A stretch of 64,000 nucleotides of DNA from the NCBI GenBank assembly GCA_964433435.1, contig CAYSRM010000002.1, positions 1,292 to 65,291 on the forward strand, written 5' to 3'. This document shows, piece after piece, positions 1-8,997 of this stretch (positions are counted from its first letter, which is position 1; each line of letters opens with the position of its first letter). Origin of the DNA: an uncultured Victivallales bacterium. Its GTDB lineage: Bacteria > Verrucomicrobiota > Kiritimatiellia > UBA8416 > CAYSRM01. The position numbers and the translations under genes were made by a program. The notes beneath the pieces are model-generated. The model was given only the letters and a program-made list of their open reading frames with translations. It had not been told where the DNA came from and made no database searches.

Positions 1-961
1 CCGGGGACATGTATTCCACGTTCCCCACCAGGACTCCGTGATCTTGCTCCATAAACTGCGCTGCTTTTGCGACTCCGAAATCGGTCAGTTTGACTTCGCC
101 CTCGCGGGTAATCATAATGTTATTAGGAGATACATCCCTGTGAACCAGTCCAAGCGCTTCGCCGTTTTCGCTGGTTTTTGTGTGAGCATACTCCAACCCC
201 CTACAGATTCGGCTGGCGATAAACCTTGCTAAGCGCCTGTTCATCCGTATATCAAGACATTTGTGTTGGTGAATCAAGTCTGACAGGTTAATGCCATTAA
301 TGTATTCCATAGCTATATAGTAGCCGTGGTCATGGCGGCCAAGCTGATGTATCTGCACTATATTCTGATGTACCAGGTTGGCCACCAGTTTGGCTTCGGC
401 TATGAAAGAAGTGACAAAACTTCTTTTCTTAACATATTTTGGGAGGATTGTTTTTATGGCCACTTTTTTAATGAAACCCTCGGCTCCGAATTGCTCCGCC
501 TCATACACAGAGCCCATGCCGCCATCGGCAATCTTGCGTTTCAGGTAATAGGTGACCTTGCCGAAGACATGGCGTGAAAGCTCCCGGGCAGTGTCCGGCG
601 GTTTGTCCATGGAATCATATTCCGCCAGAGCTTCCTGTGTATTTTCTATTGGCACTGTTTCCGAGGAAGGGGCCCCCTGTTCAGGCCGCTCGATACGGAT
701 CCTGCTGTTGCCTATTACCAACCCGTTGCCGTCGCGCAGTTCCGCCCTGATGAGTCTTTCCCCGTTTATTTTGATCCCGTTGGTGGACCCAAGATCTTTT
801 ATAAACCAGCAATTATTCTCTGGAAACAACTGGCAATGCACCAGAGAAACAGCCTGATCCCGAATCACGATATCGTTTGAGATATCTCTGCCTATTAAGG
901 CGGCGTCATGTATCCTATAGCGTTCTCCGGTCAACGGGCCGGACAGAAAGATCAATTTCAC
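1..961 (-). CDS. FHA-domain Ser/Thr protein kinase (Hanks type); C-terminal part lies beyond window start
   Basis: Reverse-strand translation: N-terminal FHA domain (…YRIHDAALIGRDISNDIVI…GSTNGIKINGERL…), then Gly-loop/VAIK (GGMGSVYEAEQ…VAIKTI), catalytic loop LVHRDVSPNNIM, DFG (LTDFGVAKA) and activation-loop YMSPE. Probable GTG start at 959-961. No stop before position 1, so it is absent from the ORF track. Confidence 0.8.
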   Translation of the reverse strand, partial: MKLIFLSGPLTGERYRIHDAALIGRDISNDIVIRDQAVSLVHCQLFPENNCWFIKDLGSTNGIKINGERLIRAELRDGNGLVIGNSRIRIERPEQGAPSSETVPIENTQEALAEYDSMDKPPDTARELSRHVFGKVTYYLKRKIADGGMGSVYEAEQFGAEGFIKKVAIKTILPKYVKKRSFVTSFIAEAKLVANLVHQNIVQIHQLGRHDHGYYIAMEYINGINLSDLIHQHKCLDIRMNRRLARFIASRICRGLEYAHTKTSENGEALGLVHRDVSPNNIMITREGEVKLTDFGVAKAAQFMEQDHGVLVGNVEYMSP

Positions 962-1147
962 GGTTTCAAGAGCTCCGGTTAAGCAAGTATGCTGATATAT
1001 TTACATTCCTGAAGGACTGTAGGCAAGAGTTTACGCCAATGGTCCCGGTTATCCGCGGCACCGTGTAGATTTGCGGGATATCGTCTCTTTACGGAAAGAA
1101 ATCGCGTCATCGAAAATAATGGGACAGCGTACCAGGTCTGCCCTTTA

Positions 1148-1344
1148 CCCGCATATCTCACAGAATTCCTGCTGCGAGCGCGGATAGCGCCACTGCGACG
1201 GCACGAATTGACAAAACGCCAGATTGCAGTATGTCTATACGGCTGCTCCGGCGTTTCACCAATTCGCACCCCCGCAGCAGCACTTTCCACGCTCTTCCGC
1301 CGTATGGCGGACAGGCTACTACGAAATCCTGTGAGATATGCGGG
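1148..1344 (+). mobile_element. MITE-like palindromic repeat, near full-length copy (197 bp), family copy 1
   Basis: Terminal inverted repeats CCCGCATATCTCACAGAATT (1148-1167) and AATCCTGTGAGATATGCGGG (1325-1344). Internal arms are mutually complementary (CTGCTGCG/CGCAGCAG, CGAATTG/CAATTCG). About 90% identical to the copy at 13209-13384, with partial copies at six further loci. Confidence 0.75.
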
Positions 1345-1482
1345 TTTACCCGCAAAATAGACCTGAGCAATTGGTTTGATTGCTTGCTGCAGAGCATCAG
1401 CCTTCAGGCTGCAAAAAAGGCTGTTTTATGGGGTTCATGCGAATCTTCCCTGCTATTCAACCTTGGGATAGTAGTGATTTTC

Positions 1483-2583
1483 TTACAGCAATGGAGGAAT
1501 TGGCACGTTGGCTTCTCTGCCTATGTCAACACACATATTCCAGGTTTTTCCGAGAACAGGCACACCTGTCTGTTCGGTTTCCTGCTCATGTTCCTGTTCT
1601 TTTTGCCCTGCAAAGTAAACACGTTCTGCGTCTTCGGCAGGCGGACACTTGCGAAGACTCTCAAGCATACGGTCCATATCATGGCGAAACTCCGCTGGCT
1701 CGCGGAAGGCTTCAATTTTGATTGCTCCGAAGAAATGGCTCACTCTCGCGGATGATTCAGCAGTATCAAAAACATCCTCCCCGAACGGGGCGCCGCATAG
1801 AACTGAGCAGAGCACATCGATCATCACGGCCAGACCATATCCTTTGTAACCGCCGTGCGACTCGCCCAGTCCGCCCAGAGGCAGGATGCCTCCGCCGATA
1901 CGTTCCTGCATATCATCAAGAAGACTGCGCGCGTTTCTGGCCGAGCGACCTGTTTTATCGACCGCCCAACCCTCGGGCAAAGGTTTTTCGTGGCGGTCAT
2001 ATACCTCTATTTTGCCACGGGTGACAACAGTTGTGGACATATCCAGTACAAAAGCCCCCTCTTTCTGTGCAGGCGCGGCAAATGCCAGTGGATTAGTGCC
2101 GAACATCACCTGTCGACCGAATGTTGGAACACCCAACGCAGCCGTGTTGGTCATGGCAATGCCAAGCATATCAGCCTCAAGCGCCATCATGGCGTAATAC
2201 CCGGCAATACCGAAATGATTGGAGTTGCGTACGCAACCAAAGGCAGATCCATTCCCCCGCGCCTTTTCAATAAGGGATTTCATGACTCCGACGCTTACCG
2301 GTGCGCCCATTCCCCCTTTTGCATTTACCACTAAAGAGCTCGAAGTGTCCATCAGAGTTTCCGGAACTGCGTCATGCACCATGAGGCCGGACTTTAATCC
2401 GTTGACATAGCGCCACAGTCTTCCAATTCCGTGAGAGGGAATCCCTCTTACATCGGCGGCTACCAGAACGGAGGCAGCCTGGCTGCTTTCTTGAGCGCCC
2501 AGACCCTGTTTCTCAAATACCGCTGCACAGAACTGTTCAAGTTCTTTACGTCCTACTCTTACCGTTTCTGCTGTTGTTGTCAT
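1483..2583 (-). CDS. Ldh_2 family (malate/L-lactate/ureidoglycolate/sulfolactate-type) NAD(P)H-dependent dehydrogenase
   Basis: 366 aa from ATG at 2583 (MTTTAETVRV…). Family-typical segments GIPSHGI, HFGIAGYY, GTNP, HGGYKGYGL. The ORF-track start at 2676 is probably an upstream in-frame extension. Confidence 0.75.
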   Translation of the reverse strand: MTTTAETVRVGRKELEQFCAAVFEKQGLGAQESSQAASVLVAADVRGIPSHGIGRLWRYVNGLKSGLMVHDAVPETLMDTSSSLVVNAKGGMGAPVSVGVMKSLIEKARGNGSAFGCVRNSNHFGIAGYYAMMALEADMLGIAMTNTAALGVPTFGRQVMFGTNPLAFAAPAQKEGAFVLDMSTTVVTRGKIEVYDRHEKPLPEGWAVDKTGRSARNARSLLDDMQERIGGGILPLGGLGESHGGYKGYGLAVMIDVLCSVLCGAPFGEDVFDTAESSARVSHFFGAIKIEAFREPAEFRHDMDRMLESLRKCPPAEDAERVYFAGQKEQEHEQETEQTGVPVLGKTWNMCVDIGREANVPIPPLL

Positions 2584-2605
2584 ATAATCCCTTAATCTGA
2601 TGTCT

Positions 2606-5263
2606 TTATATGTTCTCTGTACCTGTCTGCACCATTTCAATGTTTTTATTTGGGCAACGGTGAATGCACATGCCACAGCCTACGCATTTATCCTCATCAA
2701 GAATTACGCGTCCCTGCGGGTCCATGCTCCAGGCAAATACCTTGCATATGTCCTTGCATATCTCGCATCCAGCCCCGCAACCACAAGCCAGACAACGTCC
2801 GGCTTCTGACACCGCCTGCTCCTCGCTCAATACGGTTGAATAACGCTCGAAATCGGCAACCCGCTCGGCCGAAGGCCGCTTCTCAATCTGCACACGCGGA
2901 CGCCGTGGACGATTTCCGGTGCGTTCAAGCACTTTATCTCTGTCGCTCATGACTTTTTCAATATCAGCTGCCAGGAAGGCATCTTCACCTCGCAGATCAG
3001 CATCAATAGACGCGGCCGCACGTTTACCATCGGCAATAGCGGCAATTACACTGCTTGCTCCGCGCGCGCAGTCGCCTCCTGCATAAACGCCGTCAACGTT
3101 GGTGGCGCCGGTTGACTGGTCTATGCCAATGGTCTGACGCGCGGTCAACTCCAGGTCCATGCCTTGATCCAACCGAACCCGCTGCCCGAGCGCGCTGATT
3201 ACATTGTCAACTTCAAGCCTGAATTCAGTGCCGGGAACTTCTCTGGGCCGACGTCGATCGGATTCGTCCGCCTCGCCGAGAACATAGTTGAGCATGCGAA
3301 GCCCCTCAACGCGGTCGGAACCGAGAACAGCCTGTGGCGCCACGAGATACATGATTTGTATACCTTCAGCCTCGGCATCTTCAATCTCATCACCCGTTGC
3401 CGGCATCTCATCTTTTGTGCGGCGATATAAGACATAAACGGTTTCCGCGCCAAGCCGCCGGGCGGTTCGCGCGGCGTCCATTGCTGAATAGCCTCCGCCT
3501 ATAATTGCCACACGCTTGCCGAGTTCAGGCGCATTGCCATTGGAGACATGTTTCAGAAATTCAACAGCCGACATGGCTCCCGGCAGGTTTTCCCCGGGCA
3601 CGCCAAGTTCCAGCCCCTGCTGAGCGCCAATACCGATAAATATGCTGTCAAATCCATCCTTTCTGAGGTCGGCGAGGGTAAAATCGCGGCCAAGCCGACT
3701 GCCGGTCTGGAACGAAACCCCTGCCTCGCGGATCATATCAATCTCTTTTTTCAGCTTATCGTTATCAAGCCGAAAAGCGGGAATGCCGGAAACCAGCATA
3801 CCGCCCAGCCGGTCCGCAGCTTCAAAGACCTTGACAGTATACCCCGCGCGCGCCAGATCATAGGCGCAGGCCAGACCAGCAGGTCCTGACCCTACAACCG
3901 CCACGCTCCGGCCATGCTTCTCAGCGCGCGCGTCATGGATGCGCGGTTTCCAGCCCTCTTGCTCGGCCATATCCAGTACAAAACGCTTGATTTCACGAAT
4001 GCGGATCGATTCATCCATCAATCCGCGAGTACAAGCCTCCTCGCACGGATGGTCGCATACTTCCCCGCATATCGACTGCAGAGGCGAGCGCGACATAATG
4101 AGCTGATAGGCTTCCTCGAATTCGGATTCAGCGACCTTGCGGACGTACCCTTGAGCCGGAACCGAATTCGGGCAGGCCCAGGTGCATGGCGCCACAAGGC
4201 CGTCCACCGATTTTTCAGCGTGCCCGGCATATAACGTAAGGTCGGGCGCGGAAGTCACGGCCGACACGAGACGATCGCGCATTTCACGAGGCGCTTTATA
4301 ACCCTGTGCCTTGAGGAAGGCCTTGAAGTGATGAATAAATTCAGGCAGGAATCCATAACCATTGATCAGTGTAGCAGTGCACATGCCCACAAGATCTGCC
4401 CCGCACATTATCATCTCAACTGCATCCTGCCATTTGAGAACGCCGCCGGTAGCTGTAAGGATCGCGTTTTCCCCGCAACGTTTGCGCATTGTGTAGACAT
4501 CGCGCAAGGCCAGAGGTTTGAGCCATTCCCCGTTCATACAAGCCATGCCTATCTCTTTCTGCAGATAATGATCGCTGGTCTCCGGGGCATAAATATTCAC
4601 CGGCGGAATTCCCAGGCGGTTGGCGTTGCCTCCAACGGCATCGGCTCCTGCATCAATGGCAGCCCTGGCTATTTCCGCCTGCTTACCCCCTTCAGGGGTT
4701 ACTTTGAGAAATAACGGGATGGACGTTTCTGCTTTGATCGCCTTGACGATTTCGGCAATCGCTTCCAAATTCTGGCCCAGACTCGCTCCGGTCCGAGGTC
4801 CTTCACTATAAGTTCCGGAAACCTCAACATTAAAAGACATGTTCGGACAGCACATGTTTAGCTCATTGACATGCGCGCCCGCCTCTTCGCATTTTTTCGC
4901 CATTTCAGCCCAACCCGCGGCCCCTTTATCGCCCGAATAGGTTATGTTTGAAAACAAAACAAGGTTCGGAGCCTTTTTGCGGCCCTTCTCAATCAATTCA
5001 AGGAGTTGGTCAAGAGTTAATCTGCGCTCGGCTGTAAAGGTCAGGTAAGTCTTTTCGGGATAGTAACCATAACGCGGATGACGGTTGATATACGGCGCAG
5101 GGTCAACGGTTAATTTCAAAGAGGCACCGCCCCAACCGGTCGCATCGATACGCTCAAGCTGCTCCACTGTCATTGTGGTTGGGCCCGACGCGACATAGAA
5201 AGGATTACGGAACTTCACGCCGGCCATTTCAACCGGTAGGTCAAAATCAGTATATTTAGCCAT
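2606..5263 (-). CDS. fused dihydroorotate/dihydropyrimidine-dehydrogenase-like FMN domain + [4Fe-4S] + GltD/PreT-like FAD/NAD(P)H oxidoreductase + C-terminal 2x[4Fe-4S] ferredoxin
   Basis: 885 aa from ATG at 5263 (MAKYTDFDLP…; GGAG RBS). The N-terminal half is a DHOD/PreA-like TIM barrel. The middle has the Cys cluster CGEVCDHPCEEAC followed by a dinucleotide-binding motif VAVVGSGPAGLACAYDLARAG and a second IIGGGYSAMD. The C-terminus has CLACGCGAGCEIC…CVGCGMCIHRCP. A 4-nt gap separates it from the upstream gene. Confidence 0.75.
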   Translation of the reverse strand: MAKYTDFDLPVEMAGVKFRNPFYVASGPTTMTVEQLERIDATGWGGASLKLTVDPAPYINRHPRYGYYPEKTYLTFTAERRLTLDQLLELIEKGRKKAPNLVLFSNITYSGDKGAAGWAEMAKKCEEAGAHVNELNMCCPNMSFNVEVSGTYSEGPRTGASLGQNLEAIAEIVKAIKAETSIPLFLKVTPEGGKQAEIARAAIDAGADAVGGNANRLGIPPVNIYAPETSDHYLQKEIGMACMNGEWLKPLALRDVYTMRKRCGENAILTATGGVLKWQDAVEMIMCGADLVGMCTATLINGYGFLPEFIHHFKAFLKAQGYKAPREMRDRLVSAVTSAPDLTLYAGHAEKSVDGLVAPCTWACPNSVPAQGYVRKVAESEFEEAYQLIMSRSPLQSICGEVCDHPCEEACTRGLMDESIRIREIKRFVLDMAEQEGWKPRIHDARAEKHGRSVAVVGSGPAGLACAYDLARAGYTVKVFEAADRLGGMLVSGIPAFRLDNDKLKKEIDMIREAGVSFQTGSRLGRDFTLADLRKDGFDSIFIGIGAQQGLELGVPGENLPGAMSAVEFLKHVSNGNAPELGKRVAIIGGGYSAMDAARTARRLGAETVYVLYRRTKDEMPATGDEIEDAEAEGIQIMYLVAPQAVLGSDRVEGLRMLNYVLGEADESDRRRPREVPGTEFRLEVDNVISALGQRVRLDQGMDLELTARQTIGIDQSTGATNVDGVYAGGDCARGASSVIAAIADGKRAAASIDADLRGEDAFLAADIEKVMSDRDKVLERTGNRPRRPRVQIEKRPSAERVADFERYSTVLSEEQAVSEAGRCLACGCGAGCEICKDICKVFAWSMDPQGRVILDEDKCVGCGMCIHRCPNKNIEMVQTGTENI

Positions 5264-6320
5264 GCTGCTCCATTTGTATTGTGCGGGCTTCCTGGCTCGA
5301 TGTGTATAACGCTTCAACTATCCGGTTGCAGGCTGATCCCATACGTCCGCTTACGCCGTATTGCGGGGTTTGATCATTCTTCACGCAAGCCACACAATAA
5401 GCAAGCTCATCAACATAGCCCAGGTTGTGAAACTCGTCAACTGCCGGGCGGGTCCAGCCCAGGGTGTTGTCCGCTTTTTCGATACAATAAGAATAGCCCG
5501 ACCGGCTGTATACGTTGACCGGCGAACTGAAAGTCAAATCAACACTGACGCGTCCCTCGCTTCCATAGATCTCGATTTTGTCGTCCATCCCGCCCACGGT
5601 AATATAGTTGGCCTCAATAAACCCGTGCACTCCATTGCGGAATTTAAGAATGCCGCATGCCCAGTCCTCCCCGCTGTTGTCCTTGTGAACATAATTATCT
5701 TCGCCGCCGCCATTAGTTTTTCCGACCACTTCGACAACCGGGTTTGATCCTTCCTGTCCTAGAAAGTACAGCATCCAGCCTATGGGATGGATGCCAAGGT
5801 GTATAAGGCTGCCTCCGCCGCATGTCTTTTTGTTTTTTGCAAAAGGACTGTGTGTGCCGTTATGAACTTCCTTGGCCTTGACATATAAAACCTCGCCTAT
5901 GGCTCCCTCGCTCACAACCTCACCGACTTTTTTCAATGCCGGAGCAAAAACCCAATCCTCAGCATAAAATGCTTTGATGCCGGCGCCGTCGCAGGCCTTG
6001 ATCATTGCTTCGGCTTCTGCCGCGTTGATGCCGAAAGGCTTTTCGCAGACAACATGCTTGCCGGCTTCAGCCGCGGCGACAACTACGTCGTGATGCAGGA
6101 AATTAGGCACACAAACGGATACCAGATCTACATCGTCACGCTTCAGCATTTCATGGTAATCCTCGTGAGTTGAAGGTATATCCCACTTTTCGGCAAAAGG
6201 CTGCAAATTGTCGATTGCAGCAACAGCCGTCAACTCCACATTCGAGTTCCTGGAATATGCATCAGCATGAAAGTCGGCCGCAAACTTCGATCCTACAATC
6301 CCTACACGTACTTTATCCAT
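5256..6320 (-). CDS. Gfo/Idh/MocA family NAD(P)-dependent oxidoreductase
   Basis: N-terminal Rossmann segment MDKVRVGIVGSKFAADFHADAY, a conserved EKP motif (VVCEKPF) and the typical alpha/beta C-terminal domain. Its start overlaps the upstream stop (ATGA). Confidence 0.8.
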   Translation of the reverse strand: MDKVRVGIVGSKFAADFHADAYSRNSNVELTAVAAIDNLQPFAEKWDIPSTHEDYHEMLKRDDVDLVSVCVPNFLHHDVVVAAAEAGKHVVCEKPFGINAAEAEAMIKACDGAGIKAFYAEDWVFAPALKKVGEVVSEGAIGEVLYVKAKEVHNGTHSPFAKNKKTCGGGSLIHLGIHPIGWMLYFLGQEGSNPVVEVVGKTNGGGEDNYVHKDNSGEDWACGILKFRNGVHGFIEANYITVGGMDDKIEIYGSEGRVSVDLTFSSPVNVYSRSGYSYCIEKADNTLGWTRPAVDEFHNLGYVDELAYCVACVKNDQTPQYGVSGRMGSACNRIVEALYTSSQEARTIQMEQHG

Positions 6321-7102
6321 TATTCTGTTTCCCCCAATCCACTGTAATTCGCATTCTTCCGCAAACGCTCAATGCGGTCACGCAGGAAAGACAACAAACC
6401 TTCTTCGGCTGAACGCAGCAATGCTTTGCCTTTTTCCTGCGACGCCGTTTCGGAGCGGCCTATGACACCTTCTCTGTTGAAATGGCCGATACCGAAAGTT
6501 GTCAGATCCGGTTGACTCAATGGAACCGGGCCTTGCAATGGCGGCATATTCGGCCGGGCATCTCCCACCAGCTCAGGCGCCAGGGCCAGCATGAAGGAAG
6601 TCTCTGTTTCTGCCGCATGGATACTTAATCCTTCCTGCCGGGAAGCATCCAGCAACGAACGATCCAGAAAGGAAAATGGGCTGACCAGAATTATTTTTAC
6701 CGGTCCGTTATGCCTGTTGATATCGCGGCAAACAGGCACCAGCGCATGATTGCCGCCATGTCCGTTGAGAACAATCACTATTCTAAAGCCCTGCTGCCCG
6801 GCTTCTTCAACAATATCGCGAACAACCTGCATCAGTGTTTCGGGCTGCAGTGAAAACGAACCGCGAAAGCCTGAATGCTCCATGCTTGTTGCGATGGTCA
6901 GGCAGGGAAGCAAAGCCGCTGAAAAAGCATCTGCCGTTTTTCGCGCAAAATGTTCAATCTGAATGCTGTCTGTAGCCAGGGGCAAATGAGGGCCATGTTG
7001 TTCCATGCTGCCAACGGGCATCACAAGCATATCAGTATCACTCTGTTGCCAATCAAGCGACCTCGCTGAAGAATCAATTCTGGATGATCTGGAAGAAACC
7101 AT
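6320..7102 (-). CDS. creatininase-family amidohydrolase (creatinine amidohydrolase / ArfB / MftE-like)
   Basis: PVGSMEQHGPHLPLATD and LNGHGGN metal-binding motifs typical of the creatininase fold (PF02633). First gene of the minus-strand operon. Confidence 0.75.
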   Translation of the reverse strand: MVSSRSSRIDSSARSLDWQQSDTDMLVMPVGSMEQHGPHLPLATDSIQIEHFARKTADAFSAALLPCLTIATSMEHSGFRGSFSLQPETLMQVVRDIVEEAGQQGFRIVIVLNGHGGNHALVPVCRDINRHNGPVKIILVSPFSFLDRSLLDASRQEGLSIHAAETETSFMLALAPELVGDARPNMPPLQGPVPLSQPDLTTFGIGHFNREGVIGRSETASQEKGKALLRSAEEGLLSFLRDRIERLRKNANYSGLGETE

Positions 7103-7386
7103 AGTCTACACCTTCGCATTGCATTTTATATTACAATCGGCATGAGGTTGGCGCAGGCGTTTATACCCCGGAGCCGGGTGCCAGTTCGTCTTGTTGCACC
7201 ATGTCTGGGAATGTATAAATGCCTTGTTTTTTTGTCAAGCTTACAACCAGCAATTCGCATGACACCATGTCTGTGTCAAAGTCGAAAACGGAGCGAACAT
7301 GTTGGCACGCTGGAAGCATGATTAAAAGCATGATTGCACAGTTTAAACGCATGCAATAAGATAGTTGCCTGGAAAAGGAGTGTCTT

Positions 7387-7980
7387 TTGAAGAAACCTGT
7401 TTTGACGGAGAAAATGCTGGGCCGGTTTTACAGGCTGCTTTCCCCGGCTATGACCGACTTTGACTGTGGGAAGTTGTGTGCGTCAGATAATGGCGGTATT
7501 CCGGCCTGTTGCGAAGATGAGACGACCTATCCAGTGCTTTATGTTGACGAATTCAAATGGCTGCGAAAGAAGAACAGGTTCTGGAAACGTATGCCGTTGA
7601 GGAATAGGGTGGCCAGGAAGCTGGCCAGAGATCTGCATCAGAACTCATTGCTGGCAAAATGTCCCGGTCCAGCCGCCTGCAACCGCTCAAGCCGGGCAAT
7701 TGTATGCAGGATTTTCCCGTTCGAACCGCATCTTGATGAAGAGGGGCGGGTACAGGGCCTGACGTTCAACTTTGAAATGGAAGATAGATGTCCTCTTATA
7801 GGCAAGCCGGAATCGCTTTTCAATCCTGTCTATATCCGTAATTCAATTGTCTTCTGGAAAGAACTTCTTGATCTCATGCCCGAGGAACAAGATGTCTATA
7901 TGAATGAATCGGCGAGGTTACGGCGACAGTTTGCACGCAAAGGCAGAAAAGCGCCGGTTTTTACGGGCGAGAAGTTGTAG
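7387..7980 (+). CDS. YkgJ/UPF0153-family Cys-rich zinc/iron-chelating domain protein
   Basis: C-x3-C-x9-CC (CGKLCASDNGGIPACC) plus the downstream C…CRIFPFEP segment typical of PF03692. TTG start at 7387 with AAAAGGAG RBS 7 nt upstream (ATG alternative at 7414). Divergent from the 6320-7102 operon. Confidence 0.5.
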   Translation: MKKPVLTEKMLGRFYRLLSPAMTDFDCGKLCASDNGGIPACCEDETTYPVLYVDEFKWLRKKNRFWKRMPLRNRVARKLARDLHQNSLLAKCPGPAACNRSSRAIVCRIFPFEPHLDEEGRVQGLTFNFEMEDRCPLIGKPESLFNPVYIRNSIVFWKELLDLMPEEQDVYMNESARLRRQFARKGRKAPVFTGEKL

Positions 7981-7983
7981 AGA

Positions 7984-8997
7984 TTATTGCTTTTTTGTAT
8001 CGCACATCTTGAGAAGGTCATCCAGACTTGCCGTTGCAAGGCATTCGACTGTATCGGCTGATCCGTAGTAGATTTTGACTTCACCGCTATCCTCAACTAT
8101 GGCGGCTCCGGGAAAGACCACGTTGTTTCTGAATCCCCCGCTGATCTCATACTCAGCTTCCGGCGCGATGAGAGGTTTTGAGGAATACGCCTTGACTTTC
8201 CAAGGTTCATCTTTGTCCAGAAGCATAAGAGAGGCACAGTAACGTTTCTGCCATTTTTTTTCCCAGCCGTTTTTCCCTCTTGAGTTGTCGCGATCCACAG
8301 TATGTATTACGCACAGCCAGCCCTGATCAGTTTTCACTGGCGAAGCGCCCGGGCCGATTTTGTCGTTGGCAAACGGTATGTCTTCGACGGTAAGAACAAG
8401 CTGGTTATTACCCCAGTATTTAAGATCGGGAGAATCTGAAAACCAGGTATCGAACCTGTCAGCGCCACCGCGGCTGTAGACGGGGAACGGCCTTTCGAGC
8501 CTCATATACTTGCTGCCGATTTTTTCGGGAAAAAGCGCCATGTTGCGATTGTCCGGAGCGCTGAGCGAAAGCACCTCAAAGTTGTCAAAATCGTCGGTTA
8601 CTCCTATGCCGCCCCTTAAACCGTGCTTTGTGTCGACGGCAAAACACATGTAGCAGCGTCCTTCAAGCACGGTCAATCGCGGATCGTAGAAACGGACGAA
8701 CTCGGGATCATTGAGTTCTTCCTGTTTAATCCATGGCTCAGGCTGCACTTCCCATGAAATGCCATCGTTGCTGAAGGCCAGGCCGAGGTCAGTAATGATT
8801 TTCGGTCTTCCTTCGTTGCCCGGATACCTGGCTTCGTTACGAAAGACCATAACGTATTTCCCCTCGAATTTGGCGACACCCGCATTGAAAACAAGATCGC
8901 TTGGGTAAGGAATGTCCTTGGGCCCGAGAACGGGATTGTTTTCATGCCGATTGAGGCAGGAATCTGACTTGAGTATTTCAGAGACGGTTTCTCGCAT
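7984..8997 (-). CDS. GH130-family glycoside phosphorylase/hydrolase (beta-mannoside phosphorylase-like)
   Basis: 5-bladed beta-propeller signatures (NPVL…FNAGV…RN…DPRL…WLCVIHTVD…YYGSADT) characteristic of GH130. Confidence 0.7.
   Translation of the reverse strand: MRETVSEILKSDSCLNRHENNPVLGPKDIPYPSDLVFNAGVAKFEGKYVMVFRNEARYPGNEGRPKIITDLGLAFSNDGISWEVQPEPWIKQEELNDPEFVRFYDPRLTVLEGRCYMCFAVDTKHGLRGGIGVTDDFDNFEVLSLSAPDNRNMALFPEKIGSKYMRLERPFPVYSRGGADRFDTWFSDSPDLKYWGNNQLVLTVEDIPFANDKIGPGASPVKTDQGWLCVIHTVDRDNSRGKNGWEKKWQKRYCASLMLLDKDEPWKVKAYSSKPLIAPEAEYEISGGFRNNVVFPGAAIVEDSGEVKIYYGSADTVECLATASLDDLLKMCDTKKQ

Noticed and set aside
1180-1205. GCGCCACTGCGA in the repeat core resembles the cobalamin-riboswitch B12-box (GCCACTG)
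   Set aside because: No accompanying GGGAA/GGTG partner motifs are present. The element occurs downstream of genes, in inverted orientation and as fragments, which is inconsistent with a 5'-UTR riboswitch.
1231-1755. ORF-track CDS of 174 aa (MSIRLLRRFTNSHPRSS…), with the same N-terminus as the 13160 extension
   Set aside because: It starts inside the MITE-like repeat (the ATG is part of the conserved GCAGTATGTCT core) and runs antisense into the 3' end of the Ldh_2 gene. This is a repeat-borne spurious ORF.
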